A stretch of 52,416 nt of DNA from Acidimicrobiia bacterium (GTDB taxonomy: Bacteria > Actinomycetota > Acidimicrobiia > IMCC26256 > JBMOIW01). The notes beneath the pieces were generated by a model that saw only the letters and a list, made by a program, of their open reading frames with translations, searched no databases and had not been told where the DNA came from. The stretch lies in the NCBI GenBank assembly GCA_049317145.1, contig JBMOIW010000004.1, positions 1 to 52,416 of the forward strand. The letters are read 5' to 3'. The first letter of the stretch is position 1. Each line of letters starts with the position of its first letter. This document shows, piece after piece, positions 17,579-27,900 of this stretch. A program made the position numbers and the translations under genes.

Positions 17579-18798
17579 GTGAGCGTGAGTCCGCAACCGT
17601 ACGGATGGCGATCAATGCGGTTCGAACGTTGCTCGAGCAGCCGGAGTCTCCGGCGCGGCGTCATGCGGTGTCGCAATTCATTGCCTCGATGCCGCGTGAC
17701 GCGGTTCGTGCAGTATGCCTGCGGGTGCCGGAGATGCTTGGAGGATTATCCGGGGTGCCGCTCGAACTGCGGCTCACCGCCAACGCGGAACTCCTACGGC
17801 GAGCACTTCTTCGCTCGCTTGCCGAGCGAAGCGCCGTTGATCAAGAGATTGAGCGCCGGCAGACTCGGATGAGGACCGCGTCGGATAGCAAGGGCGTGCG
17901 CGCCGACCGCGAGGTTCGTCGGTTGGGCGCGCGATACGCACAACGCGCTCGGCTCGGATTTCGCATCGAGAATCTCTCAAAACTGTTGGAGCCGCGTTCG
18001 GTCGACTCGGGATCCGAGTTTCCCCGTCAGTATCTCCGGGTGGATCTTGGTTGGCAGGCCGATCGAGGCGTCGTGGAAATTCTCGGGGACATCGCGCACG
18101 CAGATGCAGTCGCAGTCATTGTGCCGGGCATTCGGCAAAATGTGGATGCGCACCGCATCACGCGCGCCAAGGCGGAGCGCCTGCTGCGCGCCTGCGCAAC
18201 CGTTGCTCCGGAGCAACGCGTTGCGGTGATCGCGTGGTCAGGTTACGCAACTCCGAACTCTTGGGTGCGCGGGGCGATCAGCACTGCGGCGCGCGCAGGA
18301 GCGCCACAACTTGCTGAGGATCTCGAAACCATTACTGCGGTGACCACAGCGCCGATTACGGTCATAGGACACTGCTATGGCGCCCGGCTCGCGATGCATG
18401 CCGCTCGGCATGGGGCGCCGATTGCCAATTTGATCGCAGTTGGTCACCTCGGAATGGATGTACCGACGACGCGGGCACTCTCCGATCAGACTCAGTTGCG
18501 CGCGTACTCGCTTGTTGCGCGTGGTGATCGGGTCAAGTTACTCAGCGTCTTGGGCCGAGATCCGTGGGTGCAGGTGCTGCGCGCCCGGCGGCTGGACCCC
18601 GGAACTGAGATTTCCGGCCATCTGGATTATTGGCGCGCGGATTCGGTAAGCCTGATAAACCAAGCGCTGGTCGTGACCGGAAATCCGCAGCGCGCGTTGT
18701 ACTTGGATCGCCGCGCTGCACACCACGCAATCGAAACTCCACCGCATCAAACCTTCGAGTCGCGCATTCTCGAGCGGGGCAGCGGTCCGCAGTTGTGA
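17575..18798 (+). CDS. Alpha/beta hydrolase (Abhydrolase_8/DUF1023-like) with GHCYG
   Basis: GDIAHADAVAVIVPG, VAVIAWSGYATP, ITVIGHCYG, GDRV, SGHLDYW; ATGA overlap with the glycosyltransferase. Confidence 0.75.
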   Translation: MSERESATVRMAINAVRTLLEQPESPARRHAVSQFIASMPRDAVRAVCLRVPEMLGGLSGVPLELRLTANAELLRRALLRSLAERSAVDQEIERRQTRMRTASDSKGVRADREVRRLGARYAQRARLGFRIENLSKLLEPRSVDSGSEFPRQYLRVDLGWQADRGVVEILGDIAHADAVAVIVPGIRQNVDAHRITRAKAERLLRACATVAPEQRVAVIAWSGYATPNSWVRGAISTAARAGAPQLAEDLETITAVTTAPITVIGHCYGARLAMHAARHGAPIANLIAVGHLGMDVPTTRALSDQTQLRAYSLVARGDRVKLLSVLGRDPWVQVLRARRLDPGTEISGHLDYWRADSVSLINQALVVTGNPQRALYLDRRAAHHAIETPPHQTFESRILERGSGPQL

Positions 18799-18831
18799 TG
18801 AGTGCACCGAATTACCGGTTTCCTCGCTATG

Positions 18832-20502
18832 TCAGCGCTGGAATCGACGGACCAGCTCTCGTGCAGGCCCCAGAATGTGATCGCTGAGTTCATCGGCCTG
18901 GGCGATACGGTGTAGCGCCGCGCGTACCGAAGCTGGCGGCGCGCTGAGCAACGTGTCAGCGGCGGTCCATCGTTCCCAGTGGAAGCCAACGGTTCCATCG
19001 GCGTCGCAGTGCGGAAACTCGACGCCGGCATCGCGCAACATATTGGCCATGCTCCATGCGAGATATGCGTACCCCGTTGTAGTGGGATGCACGCCGTCGA
19101 GTCCGAACCAGCCGCCCTGGATTCGGTGCCCGCGCGGTTGCGCGCGATGTCGCGGTGCGGAGTCGAAGAATTGGGTGTCGAGCACTGGGGATATGTGCTG
19201 GAGTCCTTCGGGGAGTGGTGCGTGCTTCCACCATGGCGGTCGGGCGCTCGGGTCGTTGATGTATCGCCGGGATGCCATTTGGTCAAGAAGTCCGGAGAGT
19301 TCAAAACAATGCCAGTCATGTCCGAGTTCTCGACCCTGACGCACGATGGACTCGATGTGCGCGTTGTAGCAATCGATGGTTGCGTCGATGGCGCGGGCCT
19401 CGGCTCCAGTGAGGTGGGCATCACGGGTCGGCTGGAAACGCGCATCAGTGATCCAAGGGCGGGTGTAGTAGGGAAAATAACGTGACCCGTCGCGGCTCTT
19501 GTCGCCAACGCCGCGAGCAATAGGAGCAATTGTGACGTGCGGAATCGTGCAAAACACCACCCGGCGGGCGTTGATATGTGTCACACGATCGACCAGGCGG
19601 TCATAGACCGCACGGAAATGTTCGGGCTTCCACAGGTTGTACGCACCTTTGCATTGCGGATCGTCGTGGCCGTTATTGCTCCAGGTAATCGTGAGCCCTT
19701 TGACCGTTCCCAATGCGTTGTTGGCGCCAAGCGCAACTACCAGCGTGTCAATACCGCCGTCGCGCCCCAAGTATTCGGCGCCCTCTACAAAGGACAGCGG
19801 GCGACCGCAATCGTCATGAACTGCGGAGAGCACCCGCGCAGAAGACAGTAAGTCCGCCTCGTGCAGAAACGGTACAAGTGCACTCGGCCGCTGGTGTTTC
19901 ATCAGGTTGCGCTGAGTCAGCTCCGTGTGGTGCAGTGCGTCGAGGACGTCGAATCCCCACTGTGCCAACGCGTCGATATGGACGCCCGGAGTGGGCGCGT
20001 ACGACGGCAGTCGACCATCTCCGCGCTGCCAGGTGTCGTGGGTCTTGGCCATCACGCGCCGAACGGCAATGAGTGCACTGGGAAGCGACCGAAGGGGAAG
20101 TTCCGGTTTGTTGCGTGCCCCAAGCGTGCGCGCGACCTCCTCAAGATTGAGGGGCATCCCGGATCCGAACGCGAAGTCCGGTGTGCGGAATTCGAATTCG
20201 GCTTCGGCGGCCAGAATTGCGCCCCACGACAAGGTTGTGTCGCGCACTGCGAAGTGCTGAAAGCCGTGGCTGAGTGAGTCGCCGAGTACGACGAGCCGGT
20301 GTTTGGGTTCGAGCGCGCTGCTTGTCGGGGTGATTCCCGATTTGTGAGGCAGGGCTACACCGCAGTCCGCATGCTCGAGCGGAGCGCGACCCCAGTGGTT
20401 CGTGCGGACGAACTCGACGACTTCCTCGGGGGTATCTCCGGGAAGGCGCACTTGTCCCCACACTGGGATCGTGGGCTGGTGTACTCGCGACGGCTTCGGC
20501 AC
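18832..20502 (-). CDS. SGNH/GDSL-family hydrolase
   Basis: Block I VLGDSLSHG, block III ALGANN, block V LDGVHP; GTG 20502 lies 7 nt after TACTTT. Start uncertain. Confidence 0.75.
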   Translation of the reverse strand: MPKPSRVHQPTIPVWGQVRLPGDTPEEVVEFVRTNHWGRAPLEHADCGVALPHKSGITPTSSALEPKHRLVVLGDSLSHGFQHFAVRDTTLSWGAILAAEAEFEFRTPDFAFGSGMPLNLEEVARTLGARNKPELPLRSLPSALIAVRRVMAKTHDTWQRGDGRLPSYAPTPGVHIDALAQWGFDVLDALHHTELTQRNLMKHQRPSALVPFLHEADLLSSARVLSAVHDDCGRPLSFVEGAEYLGRDGGIDTLVVALGANNALGTVKGLTITWSNNGHDDPQCKGAYNLWKPEHFRAVYDRLVDRVTHINARRVVFCTIPHVTIAPIARGVGDKSRDGSRYFPYYTRPWITDARFQPTRDAHLTGAEARAIDATIDCYNAHIESIVRQGRELGHDWHCFELSGLLDQMASRRYINDPSARPPWWKHAPLPEGLQHISPVLDTQFFDSAPRHRAQPRGHRIQGGWFGLDGVHPTTTGYAYLAWSMANMLRDAGVEFPHCDADGTVGFHWERWTAADTLLSAPPASVRAALHRIAQADELSDHILGPARELVRRFQR

Positions 20503-20703
20503 GGTGGGCAAAGTATCGGTCGCTGCCGTGCGCTGTCGAGGAATTGGGCACACGCGCCGGACCTCGCACTCGGTAGCAATATCTCCGTTTCGAATGCTGC
20601 AGCTACCGCCGTGGTTGTAGCGGTTGACGGCATCGTGTGCCCGGTCGATTCCATTACGTATTTGCTCGCCACGATTGCGGCTGTGCGCATGTTGCACAAC
20701 GCA

Positions 20704-20733
20704 AACGGCCCGGTACAAAAGCACCGGGCCGTT
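20704..20733 (-). terminator. Intrinsic terminator after the HdeD-like gene
   Basis: AACGGCCCGGT/ACCGGGCCGTT 11-bp inverted repeat, ending in TTT on the minus strand. Confidence 0.65.
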
Positions 20734-20752
20734 ATTGAATGAGGATGCGTTA

Positions 20753-21346
20753 TTACTTCTCGTGCGTGGGTTGGGGTGGGATCACCGAGCCATCGGCGGT
20801 CACCGTCAGGGTCAGGTCGGTCCCGCGCAGCGCAAAGCTCAGGATCACATTGAGCAACCCGATGATGATGGCGAATATCGCCACGACAAAGACCAGCGCC
20901 TCGGCCCCGATCTCGGGGTTGAACAACAAGATCAGACCGGCCACCACGCTCAACGCGCCGGAAAAGAGGGTCCAGCCGCGGCTGCCGGCTTGGCGATCCA
21001 TGAGCCCATCAATGAGTTGGAAGACACCGGTGACGAGCCACCACGCGCCGATTAACAAGATGACGGCTCCGACGGAGATCTTCGGCCACGTGACGAGCGC
21101 AACACCGATGCCAATGCTGACAAGGCCACCAAGCACCAAGAGTGCCCGCGAGGTACCCGACGCATCTTTGGCGACCAGTGCGGCGATGAGGAGCACCAGG
21201 CCGTCGATGGCCGCGAAGATGGCGATGAGCCAGAACAACACTTTGACGGTTGGCACAGTCCAGACCAGCAGACTGATCCCGACGCCGACGCCAACGAGGC
21301 CACGGATCAAGACGCTCCACCAATGTTTTGCGATGAGTACGGACAC
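20753..21346 (-). CDS. HdeD/DUF308 family membrane protein
   Basis: KHWWSVLIRG start, about six hydrophobic segments, WP and NP turns; SD AAAGG. Confidence 0.82.
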   Translation of the reverse strand: MSVLIAKHWWSVLIRGLVGVGVGISLLVWTVPTVKVLFWLIAIFAAIDGLVLLIAALVAKDASGTSRALLVLGGLVSIGIGVALVTWPKISVGAVILLIGAWWLVTGVFQLIDGLMDRQAGSRGWTLFSGALSVVAGLILLFNPEIGAEALVFVVAIFAIIIGLLNVILSFALRGTDLTLTVTADGSVIPPQPTHEK

Positions 21347-21452
21347 AAGGATGCCTTTCGTATGGGGTAATGCGACCGCAAGCGTAGGGCAGCGTGTCGC
21401 ACTGCGCCGGGGATGCCGATCGGCCAGGCATCGACTTCGGTAGCGTGCCGTT

Positions 21453-22115
21453 GTGGCCCCAGTTGCAATCCCAACGTTGACCCTTGAAACGGATCGCTGG
21501 TCGCGCGGCGATGCGCTGGTTATCGGGATGGACGAAGTCGGACGCGGCGCGTGGGCCGGACCGTGCAGCATCGCCGCGGTAGTTGCTGGACGCGAAGCAC
21601 TTGCCGGAGTGCGCGATTCCAAGACCTTAAGCGCGCGACAGCGGGATACGGCGCGGGATGCAATTCTTGGATGGTCGCCGGCGTTCGCGGTCGGGCACGC
21701 GTCACCGCAGGAGTGTGACGCGCTCGGAATGACACGCGCGTTACGGCTTGCGGGGGAGCGCGCGCTCGCACAACTCGAGTTACAAGGCATTGCCATCGAA
21801 CATGTGCTGCTCGATGGCGCGCATGATTTCTTGGGGCTGGGCAATCGGTGCACCACGGTGGTCAAAGGCGACAGTACGTCGCTTGCAATTGCCGCCGCAT
21901 CAGTGATCGCGAAGACCACACGCGATGCATTGATGGTGGATGCGGCGCAACATTTTCCGGCGTACGGATTTGAGCGCAACGTCGGCTATCCGGCGCCCGT
22001 GCACCGGGCCGCACTGGCGGCGTATGGGCCCACCACGATGCATCGCACGAGTTGGTCGTTCATGGACGATCTGATTTGGACTCGGCCTGCGCAGCCCGGC
22101 GGAACGCTGTTTTGA
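21453..22115 (+). CDS. rnhB: Ribonuclease HII
   Basis: GMDEVGRGAWAGP, VRDSKTL, LLDG, VKGD, AAASVIAK, NVGY, HRTSW. Confidence 0.93.
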   Translation: MAPVAIPTLTLETDRWSRGDALVIGMDEVGRGAWAGPCSIAAVVAGREALAGVRDSKTLSARQRDTARDAILGWSPAFAVGHASPQECDALGMTRALRLAGERALAQLELQGIAIEHVLLDGAHDFLGLGNRCTTVVKGDSTSLAIAAASVIAKTTRDALMVDAAQHFPAYGFERNVGYPAPVHRAALAAYGPTTMHRTSWSFMDDLIWTRPAQPGGTLF

Positions 22116-22164
22116 TCTCGGCGATACGACACGCAGGTCGGTGTGACCGCTACGCTCCCGACCC

Positions 22165-22533
22165 ATGGGTGAGCGCATCACGGTGACAACGTATCCGGGA
22201 GCTTCGGAGTCGGTCCGCATATTTTCTTGTGACCGCTCGCTTACCGGCCAAGAAATTGAGCGGTATCCAACACTCGAATCCGCATCGGGTAATGGGCCGG
22301 CGCAGGTGTTGGCCCGGCGCTTGTTCGGCTTGGGGATCGCCAGTGTTGGCGTGTACTCCAACGTGGTGACCGTTGATGCCGATGCCGCGAAGTGGGCAGT
22401 GCTCGAGCCACAAGTCGTGCACGCCATCGAACACCTTTACGAGTACTACGGGGATGAAGCCGGTTGGTCGCCCACGGCGCGAGCGGCCATGGGCGTTTCG
22501 GTGCGCGCACCCAAGGAAGTCGCAGCGGAGTAG
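22165..22533 (+). CDS. Small protein resembling an Nfu/NifU N-terminal domain
   Basis: LARRLFGLGIASVGVYSNVVTV...W..LEPQVVHAI pattern. Confidence 0.55.
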   Translation: MGERITVTTYPGASESVRIFSCDRSLTGQEIERYPTLESASGNGPAQVLARRLFGLGIASVGVYSNVVTVDADAAKWAVLEPQVVHAIEHLYEYYGDEAGWSPTARAAMGVSVRAPKEVAAE

Positions 22534-22561
22534 CCCCACCGGACAGGGCATCTTGGCCCTC

Positions 22562-22590
22562 TTGTCGATCGAACATATGTTCGATACGAT
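22562..22590 (+). promoter_or_regulatory. LexA (SOS) box inside the promoter of the imu operon
   Basis: Perfect palindrome TCGAACATATGTTCGA 22569-22584 between -35 TTGTCG (22562-22567) and -10 TACGAT (22585-22590). Confidence 0.92.
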
Positions 22591-22596
22591 CAACGG

Positions 22597-23292
22597 GTGT
22601 CCGTTGTTACTTCCCCTCATTCCCGAGCGGCGTCCTGGCGCAGCGATGCGCTAGCCCACCATCGTCGTGATCGCGCCGCAGCGCAAGCCGCCCTCGATGA
22701 TCTTGCCGTCCGTATCCGCCCTACTGGCGCAGCCCACGAACGCAGCCTGAGCGTTCCGGAGCCGTTTGCTGCGTTGCTCCCGCGGGTGCAGCGGGGGGCA
22801 GTTGTCGCGATCGACGGTCCGCCCGGGGCGGGGGTGCTATCGGTGGCGTTCGGTATTGCTGCGGGTGTCACGCAGGCCGGGGAATGGGTGGCTGCCGTCG
22901 ATCCGGATGGTGTGTTCGGAGGAAATGCAGCCATTGAATGCGGGATTGATCCCGAACGCTTTGTGGTGGCGCGTCATGTTTCGGCGCGGCAATGGTCCGC
23001 GGTCGTTGCTGCGTTTTTAGATGGGGCACCGTGCGTGTTGGCGTATGTGCCGGCGCGTGTCTCGCAATCCGACGCACAACGGTTGGTGGCGCGAGCGCGC
23101 GAGCGTGCGTCTGCGTTGTTGGTGGTTGGGCCATGGCCGGCGGCAGCGGCGTCACGCATTCGTCTTACTGAATCCGTGTGGTCCGAGTTTGGTATCGATG
23201 CACCGTTTTTGGATTCGGCCCGAACATTTCACGCGCATGTTGAGGGGCGCGGTCAGGCGCCAGGGCCGCGCGCGTTGGCGGTGGCGAGCTAG
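22597..23292 (+). CDS. imuA: ImuA'-like RecA-fold mutasome accessory protein
   Basis: LSVPEPFAALLP..RGAVV, degenerate P-loop, RLVARARER; SOS box and operon context. Confidence 0.82.
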   Translation: MSVVTSPHSRAASWRSDALAHHRRDRAAAQAALDDLAVRIRPTGAAHERSLSVPEPFAALLPRVQRGAVVAIDGPPGAGVLSVAFGIAAGVTQAGEWVAAVDPDGVFGGNAAIECGIDPERFVVARHVSARQWSAVVAAFLDGAPCVLAYVPARVSQSDAQRLVARARERASALLVVGPWPAAAASRIRLTESVWSEFGIDAPFLDSARTFHAHVEGRGQAPGPRALAVAS

Positions 23293-24905
23293 TGGAAGCA
23301 ATGCGCCAAGTTTGTGTGTGGTGTCCCGATTGGCCGGTTATTGCGTGGCGAGCTACTGATCCCACATTGACGGACGCCCCGTGTGTCGTGTTGGGACGCA
23401 TCCAACAGCGCGAGGTGGTGCTTGCGACTGATGTCGGTGCACGTACAGCCGGAGTGCATCGCGGGGCGCGCCGTCGCGAAGCCGAAGCATGTTGTCCCGG
23501 GGTGCAACTCCGAAGTGTCGACCCGAGCAGGGAAACACGCGTTTTCGAACGGGTGGTGCGCGCAATCGAAACGTTTACGACGCGTATCGAAGTGCATCAT
23601 CCGGGGCGCGTCGTATTTCCCACGCGCGGCCCGTCGCGATATTTCGGAGGCGATACCGCTCTCGCCGATCAACTGGTCGATGCAGTGCGGGCCGCGGGTG
23701 TGTCTCAGGTTCGCGTGGGCATCGCCGATGGCGAACTGGCGGCATGGTGTGCGGCACGGCGCGCCGATCCGGTACACGTTGTTCCCGCTGGCGCAAGTGC
23801 TGGATTTCTCGCTGCGCATCCCATTGCAGTGTTGGGCGATGCGGACTTCGCGGATCTTGCGGTGCGGCTCGGGATTACCACCTTGGGTGTATTCGTTGAT
23901 CTTCCGGTCGCTGCAGTGTTAGCCCGCTTTGGGTACGAGGGCGTACAGCGTCACGTACGCGCGCGCGGAGAAGATGCAACGCCCCTGCAATTACAAACCC
24001 CACCCGAAGAACTGATCGAGCGCCATGTGTTTGATCCTCCGGTTGCACGAGTGGACGCAGCCGCGTTTGCCGCCAAGTCGCTTGCGGATCGTTGCATTGC
24101 GCGACTCGAACGCTTGGGGTACGCGTGCACGCGCGTCCTGGTCGAAGCGGAGACCGAGCAGGGTGGCGCGTTTGCGCGGGCGTGGCGTCACGATGGACCG
24201 TTAGATGCAAGCGCGTTAGCGGATCGGGTGCGCTGGCAGCTCGAAGCGTGGTTGCAACCCGATGCGGCAACGGGTGCATTGGCTCCGCCGGGTGCAGTCG
24301 TCGATGCCGTATTAGTGGATGTCGATGCCGGACCCGAAAACGGGTTGGTATGGGTGCAGATCACGCCCGAAGAGATTGTTCCGGCGGATGGTCGACAGCT
24401 CGGATTTTGGGGTGGTGATCATGCGGCGGCCGAACGAGTGGGGCGCGCGTGCGCGCGCGTTCAGAGCTTGTGCGGTCCCCAGTCGGTCGCGCGCGCGGTA
24501 ATGGCCGGCGGACGCTTTCCACACGAACGGGTGACGTGGGTTCCGTGGGGGGACGTCGCGCCCACAAGTACTGCTGCACCGTGGCCGGGCGGTATTCCCG
24601 GACCGGCACCGGCGCGCGTCTGGGATCCACCGCTTCCCGCCGAACTGTTAGATGCCGACGGTCAGCCGGTGCAGGTTGGCGCGCGCGGCGAAGTCCGAAC
24701 CGCACCTGCAACGTTGCGGTGCGCAATGCTGCCCAACGGGGGTGGATCGGTGGACGGGTGGGCGGGACCCTGGGCGCACGACGTGCGATGGTGGGACGTC
24801 GTCCAGCATCGACGTGGGGTGTGTTGGCAGGTTCGGGTGCGCGGGGTTGCTGCACTTGTTGTGGTGCAGCGTGGACGCGCAGCACTTGTTGCGGTGTACG
24901 ACTGA
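23292..24905 (+). CDS. imuB: ImuB, inactive Y-family polymerase homologue
   Basis: VWCPDWP, RGPSRYFGG, clamp-binding-like QLGFWGG, WAGPW..DVRWW, C-terminal YD. Confidence 0.9.
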   Translation: MEAMRQVCVWCPDWPVIAWRATDPTLTDAPCVVLGRIQQREVVLATDVGARTAGVHRGARRREAEACCPGVQLRSVDPSRETRVFERVVRAIETFTTRIEVHHPGRVVFPTRGPSRYFGGDTALADQLVDAVRAAGVSQVRVGIADGELAAWCAARRADPVHVVPAGASAGFLAAHPIAVLGDADFADLAVRLGITTLGVFVDLPVAAVLARFGYEGVQRHVRARGEDATPLQLQTPPEELIERHVFDPPVARVDAAAFAAKSLADRCIARLERLGYACTRVLVEAETEQGGAFARAWRHDGPLDASALADRVRWQLEAWLQPDAATGALAPPGAVVDAVLVDVDAGPENGLVWVQITPEEIVPADGRQLGFWGGDHAAAERVGRACARVQSLCGPQSVARAVMAGGRFPHERVTWVPWGDVAPTSTAAPWPGGIPGPAPARVWDPPLPAELLDADGQPVQVGARGEVRTAPATLRCAMLPNGGGSVDGWAGPWAHDVRWWDVVQHRRGVCWQVRVRGVAALVVVQRGRAALVAVYD

Positions 24906-27900
24906 TGACGCGCTACGCCGAGTTGCACTGTCATTCCAACTTTTCCTTTCTCGATGGTGCGAGTCATCCCGAAGCGCTCGTCGAAGAGGCGGTGCGCCTC
25001 GAGCTGGCTGCGCTTGCGCTGACGGATCACAACGGGTTCTACGGCGTGGTGCGGTTCGCCGAAGCAGCTCGGGCCGTAGGACTGCCGACGGTGTTTGGTA
25101 CGGAACTCACGCTCGATGGTCCTCGGCATGCCGACGCGACAGCGTTGGCCGATCCTCCGGGAACCCATTTGGTGGTGTTGGCCCGAGGCCCGATCGGATA
25201 CGCGCGTTTGGCGCGCGCAATCAGCCTCGGGCAACTGGCGGGATCAAAACAGGCGCCGCAGTACACCTTGGCGGAGCTGGCGGAGGCCGCCCGTGCCCCG
25301 GTCCACGGTACTGGGGCCTCGCCGGCCAACGACGCGTGGATGGTGCTCACCGGATGTCGAAAAGGTCCGTTGGCGCGCGCGTTGCACGCGGAGGGTCCGG
25401 CTGCGGCGCGACGCGCGCTCGATGGGCTCATTGCTGCATTTGGTCGTGATCAGGTGTGCGTCGAGCTTTGGGATCACGGCGATCCGTTGGATCGGGCGCG
25501 CAACGATGCACTTGCCACCATCGCCATGGCTGCGGGGGTGGATGTAATTGCCACCAACAACGTGCACTACGCCACCCCGGCGCAACGGCCATTGGCGCAA
25601 GCCTTGGCCGCGGTGCGCGCGCGACGTTCGCTCGATGAGATCGATGGTTGGTTGTCCGCCGCACCCTTTGCCCATTTGCGGAGTGGCGCAGAGCAAGCAG
25701 CGCGCTTTGCGCGCTGGCCCGGGATTGTGGAGCGCACCGCGGAGATCGCAACCGCGTGTGCATTCGATCTGCGCATGGCTGCACCCCAGCTTCCGCCGTA
25801 TCCTGTTCCCGATGGACATACCGAAGCGAGTTGGTTGCGGGAACTCACGACGCGTGGTGCTGCCGTTCGGTACCCACCGCATCATCCGCAGTACGAACAA
25901 GCGCAACGCCAGTTGGCCTATGAGCTCGATGTCATTACGACGCTTGGTTTTCCTGGGTATTTTCTCGTCCTCCACGACATTGTGGAGTTTTGTCGAACGC
26001 ACAACATCTACTGCCAAGGTCGGGGGAGCGCAGCAAACAGTGCGGTTTGCTATGCGCTTGGTGTCACCAAAGCGGATGCCGTTGCGCTTGGGTTGTTGTT
26101 CGAACGGTTTTTGTCGCCCGAACGTGATGGTCCGCCGGATATCGACATCGACATCGAACATCAGCGTCGTGAAGAAGTCATTCAGTACGTCTATGAGCGG
26201 TATGGGCGCACGCACGCTGCCCAAGTCGCGAACGTCATTACGTATCGCAGTCGGTCCGCAATTCGCGAAATGGCCAAAGCAACCGGCGTATCGCCGGGAC
26301 ATGCCGATGCGTTGGCGCGTCACGTGGAGCGCTGGACGGGTCCGGATGCATCAGGGCAAGGAGGCAAACCCGCATCTCCGGGCGCGTTTCCACAGTTACG
26401 CAGCAATCCCGATGCGCCTGAAGTTTCTGAACTCGCGCTGACGCTCGCAACCGAAGTGCTCGACTTTCCGCGCCACTTGGGCATTCATTCCGGCGGCATG
26501 GTGATTGCCGATCGTCCCCTCATTGAGTATTGCCCGGTGGAATGGGCGCGCAGGGAAGGGCGCTCGGTGCTCCAGTGGGACAAAGACGATTGCGCCGCGG
26601 GTGGACTGGTGAAGTTCGATTTGTTGGGGCTGGGCATGTTGTCGATGCTGCATCGTGCGGTCGATCTTGTCGCCCAGCACGATGGCATCGACATTGACCT
26701 CGCCACGATTCCTCAAGAAGACGCGGTCTACGCCGCGCTCTGTGATGCCGACAGCGTCGGAGTGTTTCAGGTAGAGAGTCGCGCGCAAATGGCGACGTTG
26801 CCGCGGCTGCGGCCACAGCATTTTTACGATCTCGTCGTCGAAGTGGCGCTCATTCGTCCCGGCCCAATTCAGGGCGGTTCGGTGCATCCGTACTTGCGTC
26901 GCCGCAACGGCGAAGAACCGGTGACGTATTTGCATCCGCTGCTCGAAAAGAGTTTGGCTAAGACGCTGGGCGTGCCGTTATTCCAAGAGCAACTCATGCA
27001 AATGGCAATTGACGTTGCCAATTTCACTCCGGCCGAAGCGGATCAGTTGCGCCAAGCAATGGGGTCAAAGCGTTCTAAAGAGCGGATGGCGCGTTTGCGC
27101 GGACGACTCCTGACCGGTATGGCTGCGAACGGCATCACGGGAGAAACTGCCGAGGCCATCATTACCAAACTCGAAGCGTTCGCCGACTTCGGGTTCCCAG
27201 AAAGTCACTCCGTGAGCTTTGCGTACTTGGTATATGCCAGTGCCTGGGTCAAGTTCCATCATCCGGACGCATTTTTGTGTGCGCTCCTCAATGCGCAACC
27301 AATGGGTTTCTATTCGCCGCACACCTTGATTCGCGACGCGCGCCGCCATGGTGTCGAGGTGCTCGGACCCGACATCAATGCTTCGGCGGTGGAATCCACG
27401 TTGGTGCCACGCCCGCAATCGACCGGCCCGATCGGTTATCCACAGCCGGGCTGGCACGCAGAACCCTCAACGCATGCCGTGCGCCTGGGATTACAGATGG
27501 TCCAAGGTGTATCGACACAACTTCTCGATCGGATTGCCGACGAGCGGGCCATTGAACCGTTCGCAGATTTGGAGTCGTTGACGCGCCGCACCGCGGCGCC
27601 GGTGGATGCGCTCGAAGCGTTTGCTACTGCTGGTGCGTTTCAATGCTTTGGTATCGACCGACGCAGTGCACTGTGGGCAGCCGGTGCATTGCGAGACGCG
27701 CGTCCGACAACGCGTGGCGCAGTGACGGCGGCACCGCTTCCCGCGCTCGTGACCGGACTCGATGCACCATCGCTGCCGGGTATGACTCCCGCCGAAGTTG
27801 TCGCTGCGGATCTGTGGGCGATGGGGGCATCCCCCGATCGCCACCCCACCGAGTTTGTGCGAGACCAGTTGGCGGCCGCGGGAGTGGTGACTGCAGCCGC

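Noticed and set aside
24449-24904. N-terminal extensions in the ORF track (dnaE2, gpsA, amt, HdeD-like, kinase, PAP2, reductase)
   Set aside because: They overlap neighbouring genes or promoters; family motifs and SD or -10 signals support the later starts.
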